Below are positions 1-9,584 of a stretch of DNA of 64,000 bases, piece after piece. Position numbers and translations under genes: made by a program. Below the pieces are notes generated by a model that saw nothing but the letters and a program-made list of their open reading frames with translations, ran no database searches and was not told where the DNA came from. This DNA comes from a virus (taxonomy: Duplodnaviria > Caudoviricetes): the IMG/VR virus record IMGVR_UViG_3300042890_001190, positions 1,951 through 65,950 of that record; one strand, given 5' to 3'. Each line of letters opens with the position of its first letter. The stretch's first letter is position 1.

Positions 1-67
1 ACGGCATGCCATCAATACGATTGACTGGTTGCAGACCGAAGGGTGCCGAAACGGTGGGGTAAGCCAT
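1..67 (-). CDS. 5' part of capsid-module protein (MAYPTVSAPFGLQPVNRIDGMP...), truncated by window edge
   Basis: ATG at 67 with GGAG SD upstream; N-terminal PFGLxPV motif typical of the gene preceding the major capsid gene in this phage type. Confidence 0.7.
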   Translation of the reverse strand, partial: MAYPTVSAPFGLQPVNRIDGMP

Positions 68-86
68 GTTTGGACTCCAAAAAAAG

Positions 87-554
87 TTAAGTGCCTCTGC
101 CGAAAGTGACCTTCGTGCTGCGCTCTTTGAAAAGCGGCATACGCGGATCATTTTCTCGCATGTAAGCGTTATCCACTGATTGCATCTGCGACTCAGCCTG
201 TTGGGTGTAGTACGCATTCCGCTGCTCGGTGAACTCCACAGGTGTTTTGCAAAGCAACAAACCTCCAACCTCAATGCTGTCAGTAAAACGGTTTTGGCCG
301 CCACTGAACAATCGCACTTCGGGGTGATCCGATGCCTTAACGGGTTCCCATCCTTCTCGCAATTTGCCGGAAACGTTCATGGCGTCATCTTTACCAAGCG
401 TGGCAATCCGAATCCAGCGATAAGCGTAGCCCTCTTCCGGTGTCGGATCAGGCAAAAGCTGGGGTGGCGTCCATTTTTTTGGACGCTCGGCTGAGTCACG
501 CATTTGCAGAGCACGAGGCTCGCGGTTGTCAAGTTCTGTTTTAGCCATTTTCAT
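87..554 (-). CDS. conserved head-module protein
   Basis: 155-aa ORF with WTPPQLLPDP..GYAYRWIR motif; overlaps the scaffold stop; between scaffold and capsid genes. Confidence 0.75.
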   Translation of the reverse strand: MKMAKTELDNREPRALQMRDSAERPKKWTPPQLLPDPTPEEGYAYRWIRIATLGKDDAMNVSGKLREGWEPVKASDHPEVRLFSGGQNRFTDSIEVGGLLLCKTPVEFTEQRNAYYTQQAESQMQSVDNAYMRENDPRMPLFKERSTKVTFGRGT

Positions 555-1507
555 TTCCTCATTTCTGCCGCAACTGCACGGGCGTACTGCTCATTCGTCA
601 GTCCCAACCGCTTAGCGAGTTCCACCTGCGTTTTTGTCAGCACGATCTTTTTAGGCGCTGTGCTGCGTGTCGCTGGTGCAACAACATTCGATCTTTTCGG
701 AGAAGGATTAGCATCCTCCGAGGTTTCAGTTTCACTGGACTCGAACGCATCCGGAAAAACTTGTTTCATACGGGCGTCAATGCGCTCGTAGTATTCTTTC
801 GATGACGGCGTAATTCCAGATTTAGCCAGCTTGTTGTGGAACCCCAATGCAAAGCTGGTCATCTCGTCGTCACTGCCAAACCATGTGTTTTTTTCTGTCC
901 ATTCTTGAGTTTTCGCATCAAGTCTGGGCCGAACTGGTTCAGCGGTAGGTATTTGTACCTGTTTTTCTTCGGTTTGTACAGGTGCTGGCCGAAAATTGTT
1001 TACACGCTCGGCTTTCATCTTCACTACCGTCATCTCTTCTTGAGCTGCCGTTAGTGCATCTGCATCACCGCTTTCGTACGCTTCTTTGAATTTTCGCTTA
1101 GCCTGCTCCATCTCGTTGGCTACAACTTTCTTAGCCTGCTCGAGTAGGGCGCTTTGACCTTGGTGCAAGGAACCTTTGAGTTTTTTGTTCTCCTCAATGA
1201 TTTGCTGGGTAAGCTTTACAGCTTCTTCGCGCTCGCGCAAGGCAGCCTCTTTGGCTCTGCGTTCTTCGTGGTAGCCTTTTGTAAAATGTTGAATGCGCTT
1301 GCGCACACCTTCGTCATACTTAGATAGCTCTTCGTCGGTTACATCCTTAGGGGCTTCTTCCATGGGCTTTCGGCCACGGTCCTGCTCAGGAGTGTCATCA
1401 ATAATCTCAACTTCTGGTTCAGCTTCTACAACCTTGGAGCCAGCACGAGATTGTTTTTCTTCCACCTCATCGGGGAAAGTAAATTCAGTTTTGTCGAGTT
1501 CAGCCAT
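551..1507 (-). CDS. capsid scaffolding protein
   Basis: 318 aa, acidic N-terminus, coiled-coil centre, C-terminal LTKTQVELAKRLGLTNEQYA helix; SD AAGGAG; position after portal/GroES. Confidence 0.7.
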   Translation of the reverse strand: MAELDKTEFTFPDEVEEKQSRAGSKVVEAEPEVEIIDDTPEQDRGRKPMEEAPKDVTDEELSKYDEGVRKRIQHFTKGYHEERRAKEAALREREEAVKLTQQIIEENKKLKGSLHQGQSALLEQAKKVVANEMEQAKRKFKEAYESGDADALTAAQEEMTVVKMKAERVNNFRPAPVQTEEKQVQIPTAEPVRPRLDAKTQEWTEKNTWFGSDDEMTSFALGFHNKLAKSGITPSSKEYYERIDARMKQVFPDAFESSETETSEDANPSPKRSNVVAPATRSTAPKKIVLTKTQVELAKRLGLTNEQYARAVAAEMRK

Positions 1508-1516
1508 GGTGTCTCC

Positions 1517-1918
1517 TTAAACGCGCTGAATGCCGCGAGGGTCTTCGACCACAGCCTCAACAGAATCATCATTGATGATCCTCCACTCGGTTCCGTGAAT
1601 TTTCATTCGCGTTCCAGTGTTTGGGCGCACGATGATGAAATCACCTACCTTGCAGCTTGGGCCGCTAGGGAAGCGCTTCTCATCTTTAAACGCATCTGGG
1701 CCAACCTTCGCCACAAATAGTACGGATGACAGCAGTTCTTCATACTGCATTGTCTGGCTGGCCTTAAGTAGGCCGCCCTCGTACTCTTCTTTGGCTTCTG
1801 GAAGCATGCACAGAAGGTGATAAGTGGCGGGTTCTGGAATCTGTGTGGCTTTATCCTCAACAGTTTTGTTGAGTAGGCCAGACAGATCAACCGCCTGAAC
1901 ATCAAAGTTAGTCGTCAT
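1517..1918 (-). CDS. groES: GroES/Cpn10-like co-chaperonin
   Basis: VAKVGPDA..CKVGDFIIV..GTRMKIHGTEWRIINDDSVEAVV matches the Cpn10 pattern. Confidence 0.8.
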   Translation of the reverse strand: MTTNFDVQAVDLSGLLNKTVEDKATQIPEPATYHLLCMLPEAKEEYEGGLLKASQTMQYEELLSSVLFVAKVGPDAFKDEKRFPSGPSCKVGDFIIVRPNTGTRMKIHGTEWRIINDDSVEAVVEDPRGIQRV

Positions 1919-2105
1919 TGTCGTCTTTCAGTTTACGCACGAGGTCGCCAATTTCACGCTGTGCGGTCTGGAGACCTCGGATGACCCCGCACAACTCCCG
2001 GTATTGGGCGTAGTCTTTCGACTGTCCCGCTACCAAAGCCTCTGAATGACTTTTGACATACTCCTCAATTTTCTTGTTGAGAAGTTCCAAGATTTTATTG
2101 TCCAT
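1908..2105 (-). CDS. small conserved head-module protein
   Basis: 65 aa with DYAQYRELCGVIRGL motif, directly after portal. Confidence 0.7.
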   Translation of the reverse strand: MDNKILELLNKKIEEYVKSHSEALVAGQSKDYAQYRELCGVIRGLQTAQREIGDLVRKLKDDNDD

Positions 2106-2107
2106 TT

Positions 2108-4690
2108 TTAGTTCCCCGACGGTTTAGCAGTCGGTTTTGGTTGTTGAAAAGCACGTTCGGCATGGTTCAGTTTTTGCGCGTGAATTTGACCGCCGTGCGC
2201 CATTTTTTGCTGGACTTGGGCTTGCTGCATTGCGGCTTGCTGCTGGCCTTGAGCTTGCTGCTGTTGGGCCTGAGCTTGCGCCTGCTGCAAGGCCTGCTGC
2301 TTTGCTGCCATCTCCATGGCGTGGGCCTCTTGCATTTGGGAAATTTCCATCTGCATTCTTTGCGCGGCCATCATTGGGTCTTGCCCGGATTTCTGAGCGG
2401 CCTCTTGAGCCTTAAGGCCAAGCTCTTCTGCGCGAATTTGCAGGTCGCCTTGGGCTTTCAGTTTCTTGATTTCCACTTCTTGCATCTTGATCTGCAACTC
2501 TTGCTGCTGCATCTGAATCAATGGGTCTTGCGCCTGCTGTTGGGCCTGTTGTTGAGCAACCTGACCCTTGCTTTGCGCCAGCACTTGCTGAGATGCTTGA
2601 GCCACAAGACGGGACAACTGCACCTCAACATCCTCTGGCAAGTCTTCATCAGGCTTGGGCATAGGTACGCCCAACTGCTCTTCAACCTTCTTGCGGTAGG
2701 AAAATGCCAAGTGCTCTGAGACGTGAGCCATGATCTCGGCTTGCATCTTTTGGGCTTGTGGGTTTTGCCCAATCTGCGCCGCCATCAACGGGTCTTGCAT
2801 CAAAGCCATATGAACTGCGATGTGTGCGTCATGGTCTTGGTAAATAAACGCCTTGGTGGGCTTTCCGTTTAAGAAGGCCATGTTCTCGCTCACCGGATCG
2901 CGTGGCTTCATGTCGTCTTCAATCGGAACAAGCTTGTCTGCGTTGCGCACACCCAACACTTCAATCATCTGACGGTGCAACTGCGGCAGGTCATAAATTT
3001 GCGGCGCACTTTGCGACAACTGGATCACAGCTTGGTACTGCATGATCCTTTGGGCCATGGTCGAGCTGTTGGGGTCCGACACTGGAATAACTTCCACCAT
3101 GTCGTAGTCTTCCCGCTTAGCCATGCGGTCGCCGCCTTGTGGCTCGTACTCATACTCACTTGGGGTGTTGTCCCGGATGATCTCTTTGAGGAGCTTAAAC
3201 TCCTGTTTCATCGAATAGTGGACACGCGCTTGGACGGCGCTCATGGTTTTGAGCTGTCTCTCAAGCAAAGCCAGAGTCGTGCCGACAGGAGAGTTGGCAC
3301 TCATGTCGCTGATGTTCATGTCAGCAATAGAACCAAGGCGTCTGCCTTCTTCTGTGATGCGCTCCAACAACGCAGCCAGAACTTGGCTTGGCTCCTTATA
3401 TGGCAGCGGCATGATGTTGTCGCGCACTGTGCCACCGGGCACATCCACATCTCGCCACTCACCCGGGGCGATTGGAGTGTCGTCTCCCTTGATCCTCAAG
3501 CCACGAGACTTTAAGCCGCCGGGTAGGTTGGACAGGGTTCCTGCATCCACCAACTGGCGGATCAGGGATGTGCCTGCACGAGCATAGCCGCCGATCAGGT
3601 GGATGTAGCCAAAGCCATACGCACCGAATCCGGGCACGTAGTCATATTGAACAAAATGCTGGCGCTTGAGTTTCTTGGGGTCTTTCTCGTTCCAGTTGCG
3701 GTACACCGACAGAACTTTGTTTGTACCCTTGTCGATGGTGACGATGTAAGGAAGAGCAATCTCATCCTCGTCCTCATATCCGGGCATGTCGTAGTCCACT
3801 TGAATCTCAAGGAACTGGTAACGCTCATCATCTGTTACTGAGTAGCCCTGCTCTTCGGCTTTCTTTTTTTCCACGTCGTTGTGGATCATGACGGGCTCAC
3901 CCAGCTCTACATCACGGTAGAAGCCTGCGACCTGAAGCTTGCGAACATCGTTCTTGGTCTTGCGCATCACATGGGTCACTCGTTCTGCTGAGCGAGCACC
4001 AGAGGAGCCATAGGGAATAACGATGTCCTCTGCAGGACAGAAGATAGACACTTGACGGCCAAGGTTGGGATCGAAGTAAACCTTCTTGAAGGCAGAACCT
4101 GCCAGACCCAAATTGAACAGCATGCGCTCATGCTCTGGGCGGTACTCGGGCATCCCGTCAACCAACTGGAAGTTCATGTCGGCACGAACACGTTCAGCCG
4201 CGTCTTCCTTCATCTTGTCGATTGCACCAATGATCTGCGTCTTGACTGGCCCTTGAGCGGGGAATGTCTCGATGATGGTCTCGGACTGGAACCTCACTGC
4301 GGCTTCAGTCAAGAGTGTGGAGAAAACTCCGCAGGCACCAGTCCAAGGCTCGGTGCGCTCTTCATACTTCATGCCAAGAACCTCAAGGCCCCTGACATAC
4401 ATCTCTACCCAGTCCTTGCGAGAAGCGATGTCGGACTCAACCTCGCCAACCAAGTCAGAGCCAAGCTTTTCTAGCTCACCCTCGTCCATGAATTCAGCCA
4501 AGTTGGCATCAAAATCAGGCTCATCGTCTTCTGGCATCAGATCAATGGCAATGCCATCAATCCCAATTTCAAGACCTTCCGGGTCTTCAATCATGATCTC
4601 AACCGCAGGGGTGTCGTCCTGCACAATGTCTGAGAAATCAAGACCCTCTGGGGCCTGTGCGAGGGATGAAACCATGCTGCTCGTTGCCAT
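2108..4690 (-). CDS. portal protein
   Basis: 860 aa immediately downstream of TerL; GSAFKKVYFD, GFGYIHLIGG, Q-rich C-terminal coiled coil (P22-like portal). Confidence 0.85.
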   Translation of the reverse strand: MATSSMVSSLAQAPEGLDFSDIVQDDTPAVEIMIEDPEGLEIGIDGIAIDLMPEDDEPDFDANLAEFMDEGELEKLGSDLVGEVESDIASRKDWVEMYVRGLEVLGMKYEERTEPWTGACGVFSTLLTEAAVRFQSETIIETFPAQGPVKTQIIGAIDKMKEDAAERVRADMNFQLVDGMPEYRPEHERMLFNLGLAGSAFKKVYFDPNLGRQVSIFCPAEDIVIPYGSSGARSAERVTHVMRKTKNDVRKLQVAGFYRDVELGEPVMIHNDVEKKKAEEQGYSVTDDERYQFLEIQVDYDMPGYEDEDEIALPYIVTIDKGTNKVLSVYRNWNEKDPKKLKRQHFVQYDYVPGFGAYGFGYIHLIGGYARAGTSLIRQLVDAGTLSNLPGGLKSRGLRIKGDDTPIAPGEWRDVDVPGGTVRDNIMPLPYKEPSQVLAALLERITEEGRRLGSIADMNISDMSANSPVGTTLALLERQLKTMSAVQARVHYSMKQEFKLLKEIIRDNTPSEYEYEPQGGDRMAKREDYDMVEVIPVSDPNSSTMAQRIMQYQAVIQLSQSAPQIYDLPQLHRQMIEVLGVRNADKLVPIEDDMKPRDPVSENMAFLNGKPTKAFIYQDHDAHIAVHMALMQDPLMAAQIGQNPQAQKMQAEIMAHVSEHLAFSYRKKVEEQLGVPMPKPDEDLPEDVEVQLSRLVAQASQQVLAQSKGQVAQQQAQQQAQDPLIQMQQQELQIKMQEVEIKKLKAQGDLQIRAEELGLKAQEAAQKSGQDPMMAAQRMQMEISQMQEAHAMEMAAKQQALQQAQAQAQQQQAQGQQQAAMQQAQVQQKMAHGGQIHAQKLNHAERAFQQPKPTAKPSGN

Positions 4691-4698
4691 ATTTGATC

Positions 4699-6213
4699 CT
4701 AATAGAATGCGGCTCTACGCCGAAAGGACAAAGGTTCGTCCTGCTCGTCGGATTCTAGTCTCAAGAACCCGCCTTGTCGAAATCTGGTGATAGCCATAAC
4801 AGCCGTGTCAGCCAAGTCATCGTGGGCCGCGTTAGGGAAAGCCGCCATCTGATCAATCACTTCTCTGGCCCATCTGGTATCCGGTGCCCACACCTTGCCA
4901 GCTTGGAAAATAGCAGACACCGTATTCATCCGGGCGATCTTGTCGTTAGACTGCTGACGTGTACCCCGACTTGGGGTGTACCCCCGGATAAAAATGTCGG
5001 CCTGCTGGTTCAACTCTTGGATCAATGAAGCACCTGCAGCCTTGGCTTCAATGATGCAGTCATCCGGCTCCCACTCTAAATAGTGAGCCCGAGCTTTTTC
5101 CTTGAGCTCAGGAAACTCCATCCGTTTTTGAAAGGCATCAAGCAAGATTATGTTCGCGTTGTTCGGGTCCTCATCCATATAGAACACACCCCAAGTGGTA
5201 CAGGCCGAAAAGTCGGACCGTTCGTTTTTTGTAAACGCCGTGTCCCATGCTTGGATGATGAACTCACACCTCGGCGGATCATCCCTCTCCCAGATTTTCC
5301 ACCAGTCGCGCTTAACAATAGCCCCCTCTTCACCGGTAGGCTGCTGCTGGTACTGCGCATTCCACTTGGCCGGAGCCAATTCTTCCTTAAGTGCCTCAAG
5401 GAGTTCAAGGGACCAGAACTCAGGCCATAAGGGATTACCAGAGGGAAGAATGGCCGGGAACTCAATCACCCTCCACTCGTCCGTCTTGTTTCTCTCGCCC
5501 GCTTCCTTCAAGACTCTCCCAATGAGGTCGTTCTCACTCCAGCGGGTCGCAATAATGATGATCGCCCCATTAGGCTGAAGTCGCTGACGCGGGCCAGAGG
5601 TGTACCACTCATACGCCTTGTCATATATAGAAGGGTCATGCGCCGCTAAAGTCGCCTCTCCTTCAGTATGAGGATCGTCAATGATGACCAAATCCGCTCC
5701 ACGGCCAGTCATCGTTCCACCTACACCAATGGCAAAGTATTCCCCCACCTCATTTACAGCCCACCGGCCAGCCGACTTCGAGTCCTGCCGAATGTTCGTG
5801 CTCGGAAACACCTCGTGGTACTGCTCACTCATCACCAAGTTCCTGACCTTACGTCCGAAACCAACAGCCAGTTCGCCAGTGTTCGACGCCTGCATCACCT
5901 TCTTGTCAGGAAATTTCCCTAGAAACCAAGCCGGCAACATATAAGAACCAAACTCAGACTTCGTGTGCCGTGGCGGCATAGAAATTGCTAGGCGCTTTAA
6001 CTTTCCCGAGGCTATATCCTCAAACGCTTTAGCCACAACCGCATGATGCCGCCCATGGATAAACCCCGGCCACATCTTCCGGACAAAAGCCATAAATGAC
6101 GCTTGGCACTTCTCCCTCTCCACCGCAGCCTTGTACTCAGCCACCTGCTCCATCAGCTTCTCCTGCTCATGAATCGGCAACTGCGCTATCAACGCCTCCA
6201 AGTTCTCGTTCAC
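4699..6213 (-). CDS. terL: terminase large subunit
   Basis: Walker A-like MPPRHTKSE, Walker B IIDDPH, RNase H-like nuclease QAWDTA..HDDLAD; GTG start overlapping upstream TGA. Confidence 0.93.
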   Translation of the reverse strand: MNENLEALIAQLPIHEQEKLMEQVAEYKAAVEREKCQASFMAFVRKMWPGFIHGRHHAVVAKAFEDIASGKLKRLAISMPPRHTKSEFGSYMLPAWFLGKFPDKKVMQASNTGELAVGFGRKVRNLVMSEQYHEVFPSTNIRQDSKSAGRWAVNEVGEYFAIGVGGTMTGRGADLVIIDDPHTEGEATLAAHDPSIYDKAYEWYTSGPRQRLQPNGAIIIIATRWSENDLIGRVLKEAGERNKTDEWRVIEFPAILPSGNPLWPEFWSLELLEALKEELAPAKWNAQYQQQPTGEEGAIVKRDWWKIWERDDPPRCEFIIQAWDTAFTKNERSDFSACTTWGVFYMDEDPNNANIILLDAFQKRMEFPELKEKARAHYLEWEPDDCIIEAKAAGASLIQELNQQADIFIRGYTPSRGTRQQSNDKIARMNTVSAIFQAGKVWAPDTRWAREVIDQMAAFPNAAHDDLADTAVMAITRFRQGGFLRLESDEQDEPLSFRRRAAFY

Positions 6214-6494
6214 TCAAGCTCCTTCAAGTTCTTGTAATTCACCCAAGCCGGACGTATCGTCCTTCCCACCCCATCCATCTTCTTCACAACCCCCAACTTC
6301 ACCAACCTCTCAACAATCTTCACCGTACTCCCCATCCCCATCTTCCCCCTCACATACGCTATATCCCGTATGGTCGGCGAAAACCCATACTTCTTCCACC
6401 ACTCATCAATCACCATAAACACTTCCTTCTGCGCCGGACTCATACCCATCTCCATACACTCATCCCTCGTAGGATCGCTACGCCGAATTTTCAT
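6210..6494 (-). CDS. LexA-type winged-helix DNA-binding protein (no peptidase domain)
   Basis: MSPAQKEVFMVIDEWWKKYGFSPTIRDIA..VERLVKLGVVKKMDGVGRTIR parallels the LexA N-terminal domain; start placed at ATG 6494 (start uncertain). Confidence 0.7.
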   Translation of the reverse strand: MKIRRSDPTRDECMEMGMSPAQKEVFMVIDEWWKKYGFSPTIRDIAYVRGKMGMGSTVKIVERLVKLGVVKKMDGVGRTIRPAWVNYKNLKELE

Positions 6495-6518
6495 GTCCCT
6501 GTGGATAACTTTTTTTAC

Positions 6519-6551
6519 GCAACCTCCACGAATAGGTTGCCGCGTTGTTTT
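6519..6551. promoter_or_regulatory. palindromic motif GCAACC-N10-GGTTGC, copy 1 of 3
   Basis: gcaacctccacgaataggttgccg is the exact reverse complement of 17432-17455; related copy at 27292. Confidence 0.7.
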
Positions 6552-6642
6552 CGTAATCATCTGGACATTCCAACTAGAACTATTTATCTCATCACGTTTT
6601 TTGCAGGACTGCCTATTTTTTAAGCAATATACCCCCCGTGGG

Positions 6643-7407
6643 TCATGTTTCCAACGATGACGGGGGGGTCTCCTCAGGAGAGGGGGGTGGGGTCTCGCTG
6701 GCAGGATTTTCGGAGTCGATAGGGGATTGTTCGTGTGGAATAGCAGATTGTCCGTGTGGAATAGTATGTATATATGGCAGGGACTCCTCGCTGGCATTCG
6801 GGGTGGTGGCGGGTGGGTGGGTGTCGCTGCCGGCCAATTCTCGCATCAGGTCATCCGCCTGCGCGTCTATGACGTGAGCATCGGTGGCGCTGGCATTGCT
6901 CAGTGCTTTGAGCTGAGCCATGATCGAGGCGCGTGCATCCTCAGAGCTTGTGATGGTGCGCACTTCCTTCCGTTCGGTGAAGGCCGCGACTTCTGTAACG
7001 GTGCCAAGGACCTTCGCAGCCGCCGTGATTTGACCGGGTTTTGACTCAGGGTCAGTGATCACGCCGACAAGGGATTGAATGACCAAAGCACGCAAGGCCG
7101 AGGGGGTTTGATATTCCTGAGCCTTAATCGCCAGTTGCAGCGCTTCGATTTCCGCTTTTATTCTTTCATCCCCCTTCAGCCTTGATGCGTTATCCCCGTG
7201 GGTTTTGGGTTTGCCCTTAGGACTGTAGGCTTTGCGGTATGCGCCTGCGCCCGTTGAGCCCTTCGCCACTTCAAGAGCAAAGGCGCGTTGTTTCGGTGTT
7301 AGCTCCCTTGAAACGCTCTTACCCAAGATATGAGAGACGGGAACAGAACTGAGCCCTTCGGTTATCTGAGCCCGGGTTAACTTGGCTGGGTTGTTAGATG
7401 TCTTCAT
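6643..7407 (-). CDS. terS: terminase small subunit
   Basis: LTPKQRAFALEVAKGSTGAGAYRKAY..ASRL HTH typical of TerS; upstream of terL; acidic/Pro-rich tail. Confidence 0.75.
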   Translation of the reverse strand: MKTSNNPAKLTRAQITEGLSSVPVSHILGKSVSRELTPKQRAFALEVAKGSTGAGAYRKAYSPKGKPKTHGDNASRLKGDERIKAEIEALQLAIKAQEYQTPSALRALVIQSLVGVITDPESKPGQITAAAKVLGTVTEVAAFTERKEVRTITSSEDARASIMAQLKALSNASATDAHVIDAQADDLMRELAGSDTHPPATTPNASEESLPYIHTIPHGQSAIPHEQSPIDSENPASETPPPSPEETPPSSLET

Positions 7408-7663
7408 GTGTGCGATTGTAGGAGAACAGCACGAGAGCCGCTACCGCTTCGCTTTAAACAAGCCCGCGACCACCTGAGCACCACCGACAGCGCCACCCGG
7501 TCAACTTACCCGGCAGCAGGCAAGCACCACCGACACGGCAGGCATCAGCGCACCGCCTGCACTGTCTCACCCTATGACAGCCCCAGAGCCGCACCGCTTC
7601 GCTGATAGGGAAAACCAATCGAAACCCGAAACGCCATAAAAACAAATCATTGGATTTAGGGGC

Positions 7664-7680
7664 TTGACAAGTGATACATT
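7664..7680 (+). promoter_or_regulatory. putative early promoter elements
   Basis: TTGACA (7664) and extended -10-like TGATACATT (7672) in the AT-rich divergent gap; their spacing is non-canonical. Confidence 0.35.
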
Positions 7681-7728
7681 TATTACCTCACAGCAACCAC
7701 GTTAACCTAACAGACAGGAGCAGACAAG

Positions 7729-7950
7729 ATGACACAAGCCGAAACAATCGCAGCCATGCAGCAATGGTGCATGGACAACTACAACAAGGGAGCTGACACC
7801 ATGGTCGAGTGCTGGACAGAATCAGATTATGAAGAGCTGTTCGCGTTTGAAGGCAAGGCCAAGACCGCCAAACAAGCATGGGCAACCCTTCGCGCAATCG
7901 TTGACGTATACGCCGACAGGCAAGCCGATTCCCGCAATTCAGTTTTTTAA
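7729..7950 (+). CDS. early hypothetical protein
   Basis: 73 aa, SD CAGGAG. Confidence 0.75.
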   Translation: MTQAETIAAMQQWCMDNYNKGADTMVECWTESDYEELFAFEGKAKTAKQAWATLRAIVDVYADRQADSRNSVF

Positions 7951-7968
7951 CCCACAGGAGCCCGCACC

Positions 7969-8199
7969 ATGCAATCACTACCCACAGCATTGACCACAGC
8001 CCAACTAGAGGGCATTTTGTCTGCACTGGCAGCACTTCCCAGCGCCACAGTAAACCGCCACCCCGACATCATCACAGTGACAGCCACCCGCAAGAAAACG
8101 GGCGAGACCGTTAAGGTTTTAAGCGCAGCCACCACAGACGGCCAGCAATGGCACGTTATGACAGTGCCGGGAATCATTACAACCACATTCACCAACTAA
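7969..8199 (+). CDS. early hypothetical protein
   Basis: 76 aa, RBS CAGGAGCCCGCACCATG. Confidence 0.7.
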   Translation: MQSLPTALTTAQLEGILSALAALPSATVNRHPDIITVTATRKKTGETVKVLSAATTDGQQWHVMTVPGIITTTFTN

Positions 8200-8242
8200 C
8201 CAACCCGCCCGCCTAACCAGCGGGCACCAACTGGAGCCCACC

Positions 8243-8545
8243 ATGAAAACCAGCATCACCAAATCACGCGCCGGACATTACACCGTAACCATTCATGAGA
8301 ACGGATGGCCCGTATTTTCCAAGCGCCTGATTGACAACATCCACGCAGCGCGCGCAATAGCCGCCGAATTCATCGCGGCACAGGAGAGCGGAACCGACGA
8401 AGAAACCAAGACACCAGACGCCCGAGTTATCCAGCTCACACCAGAGCAGGCCGAAGAACTAACCCGCGCCATGCAATGGCCCGAAGACTTGGAACGATTC
8501 GACCGCATCGCCAAGCCCACCAACCTGACCGAAATCAAAATTTAA
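8243..8545 (+). CDS. early hypothetical protein
   Basis: 100 aa, RBS TGGAGCCCACCATG. Confidence 0.7.
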   Translation: MKTSITKSRAGHYTVTIHENGWPVFSKRLIDNIHAARAIAAEFIAAQESGTDEETKTPDARVIQLTPEQAEELTRAMQWPEDLERFDRIAKPTNLTEIKI

Positions 8546-8559
8546 AGGAGCCCAGCATC

Positions 8560-8757
8560 ATGAACAACGAAACAATCGCCCGCCAACTTCGCTGCAATCT
8601 ATTTGCAGAGCGGACCACCATAGAGGACGCAACCGCCTATGCCTACAACCTGATTCACACCCTCAGACCACAGGACCGCATAACAGCCCTCACAGCGCTG
8701 CACGTACTTGCCAACACCATCGCCAACACCATCGCAGCACAGGAGCCCACAACATGA
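8560..8757 (+). CDS. early hypothetical protein
   Basis: ATG 8560 after AAGGAGCCCAGCATC; ATGA overlap with next gene. Confidence 0.7.
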   Translation: MNNETIARQLRCNLFAERTTIEDATAYAYNLIHTLRPQDRITALTALHVLANTIANTIAAQEPTT

Positions 8758-8948
8758 CCACAGCCGACACCCTACGCACCATAGCCGCCCGCCTTATCGG
8801 TTACCAGACCCAAGGCCACGGATTCGACAAGGTACACCACAGCCTGACCTTAAAAAATGCCCTTCAATGGGCTCACTGCTATGACCGCGCCACCGTGACC
8901 AGACGCGGGCAGTTTATCGCCAGCACCACCACCAAGGCCCAACGATGA
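8754..8948 (+). CDS. early hypothetical protein
   Basis: 64 aa, RBS CAGGAGCCCACAAC, ATGA overlaps on both sides. Confidence 0.65.
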   Translation: MTTADTLRTIAARLIGYQTQGHGFDKVHHSLTLKNALQWAHCYDRATVTRRGQFIASTTTKAQR

Positions 8949-9160
8949 AACGCTACACACCCGACACCATACCCGACAGCGCCGCCTATATCGGCAGCAC
9001 AGAGGGCCCGGACCGCATAAGCACCCAAGTGCTCGACTTGATCGACGAAACGACCGCCCCGGCCTACATACAAGACCCAGACGGCACACGGCATTTTTTT
9101 GAACTATGCCCGCAGGATTTCCAGCCCCGCGCCTACAGCAACGAAGCCAGCTTTTTATAA
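8945..9160 (+). CDS. early hypothetical protein
   Basis: 71 aa, ATGA-coupled. Confidence 0.6.
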   Translation: MKRYTPDTIPDSAAYIGSTEGPDRISTQVLDLIDETTAPAYIQDPDGTRHFFELCPQDFQPRAYSNEASFL

Positions 9161-9179
9161 CCCACAGGAGAAACACACC

Positions 9180-9572
9180 ATGAAACCCCAAGACCTTCAA
9201 ACACTCGCAGCCGCAGCCTTGATGCCCGCAGGTTTTCGCCACCACGACAGCGGAGAGCCAGCCGAGCCCGCAGCAGTCACCGCAGCCGCAGCAATCGCCG
9301 CCAAAGTAGACGAGCTGGGCCAGCTTCACGCGACCATGGCCGACATAAAACGCAAGGCCGACCGTATCCGCACAGAACTAGAAAACGCCGGGTTATCAGA
9401 CATAGAAGGCCAACTCTACCGGGTGAACTTTGCACAATGCGCGGGCAAGAGCTTGACCGACTGGCAAGCAATCGCCCAGCGCCTGAAAGCCAGCGCCCAA
9501 CTGATACGCGCATACACCAAGACGGGCGAAGCCAGCACCCGCATGACCGTAAAAGCACGCCAGACACACTAA
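9180..9572 (+). CDS. early hypothetical protein (coiled-coil)
   Basis: ATG 9180 after CAGGAGAAACACACC; VDELGQL..IEGQLYRV..TDWQAIA pattern. Confidence 0.75.
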   Translation: MKPQDLQTLAAAALMPAGFRHHDSGEPAEPAAVTAAAAIAAKVDELGQLHATMADIKRKADRIRTELENAGLSDIEGQLYRVNFAQCAGKSLTDWQAIAQRLKASAQLIRAYTKTGEASTRMTVKARQTH

Positions 9573-9584
9573 GGAGCCGACACC

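Noticed and set aside
6500-6508. Perfect DnaA box (TTATCCACA on the minus strand)
   Set aside because: Single copy; about 0.5 expected by chance in 64 kb on two strands; no cluster
6495-6797. N-terminal extension of ORF 6210..6797
   Set aside because: Overlaps terS and regulatory motifs; similarity to LexA begins only downstream
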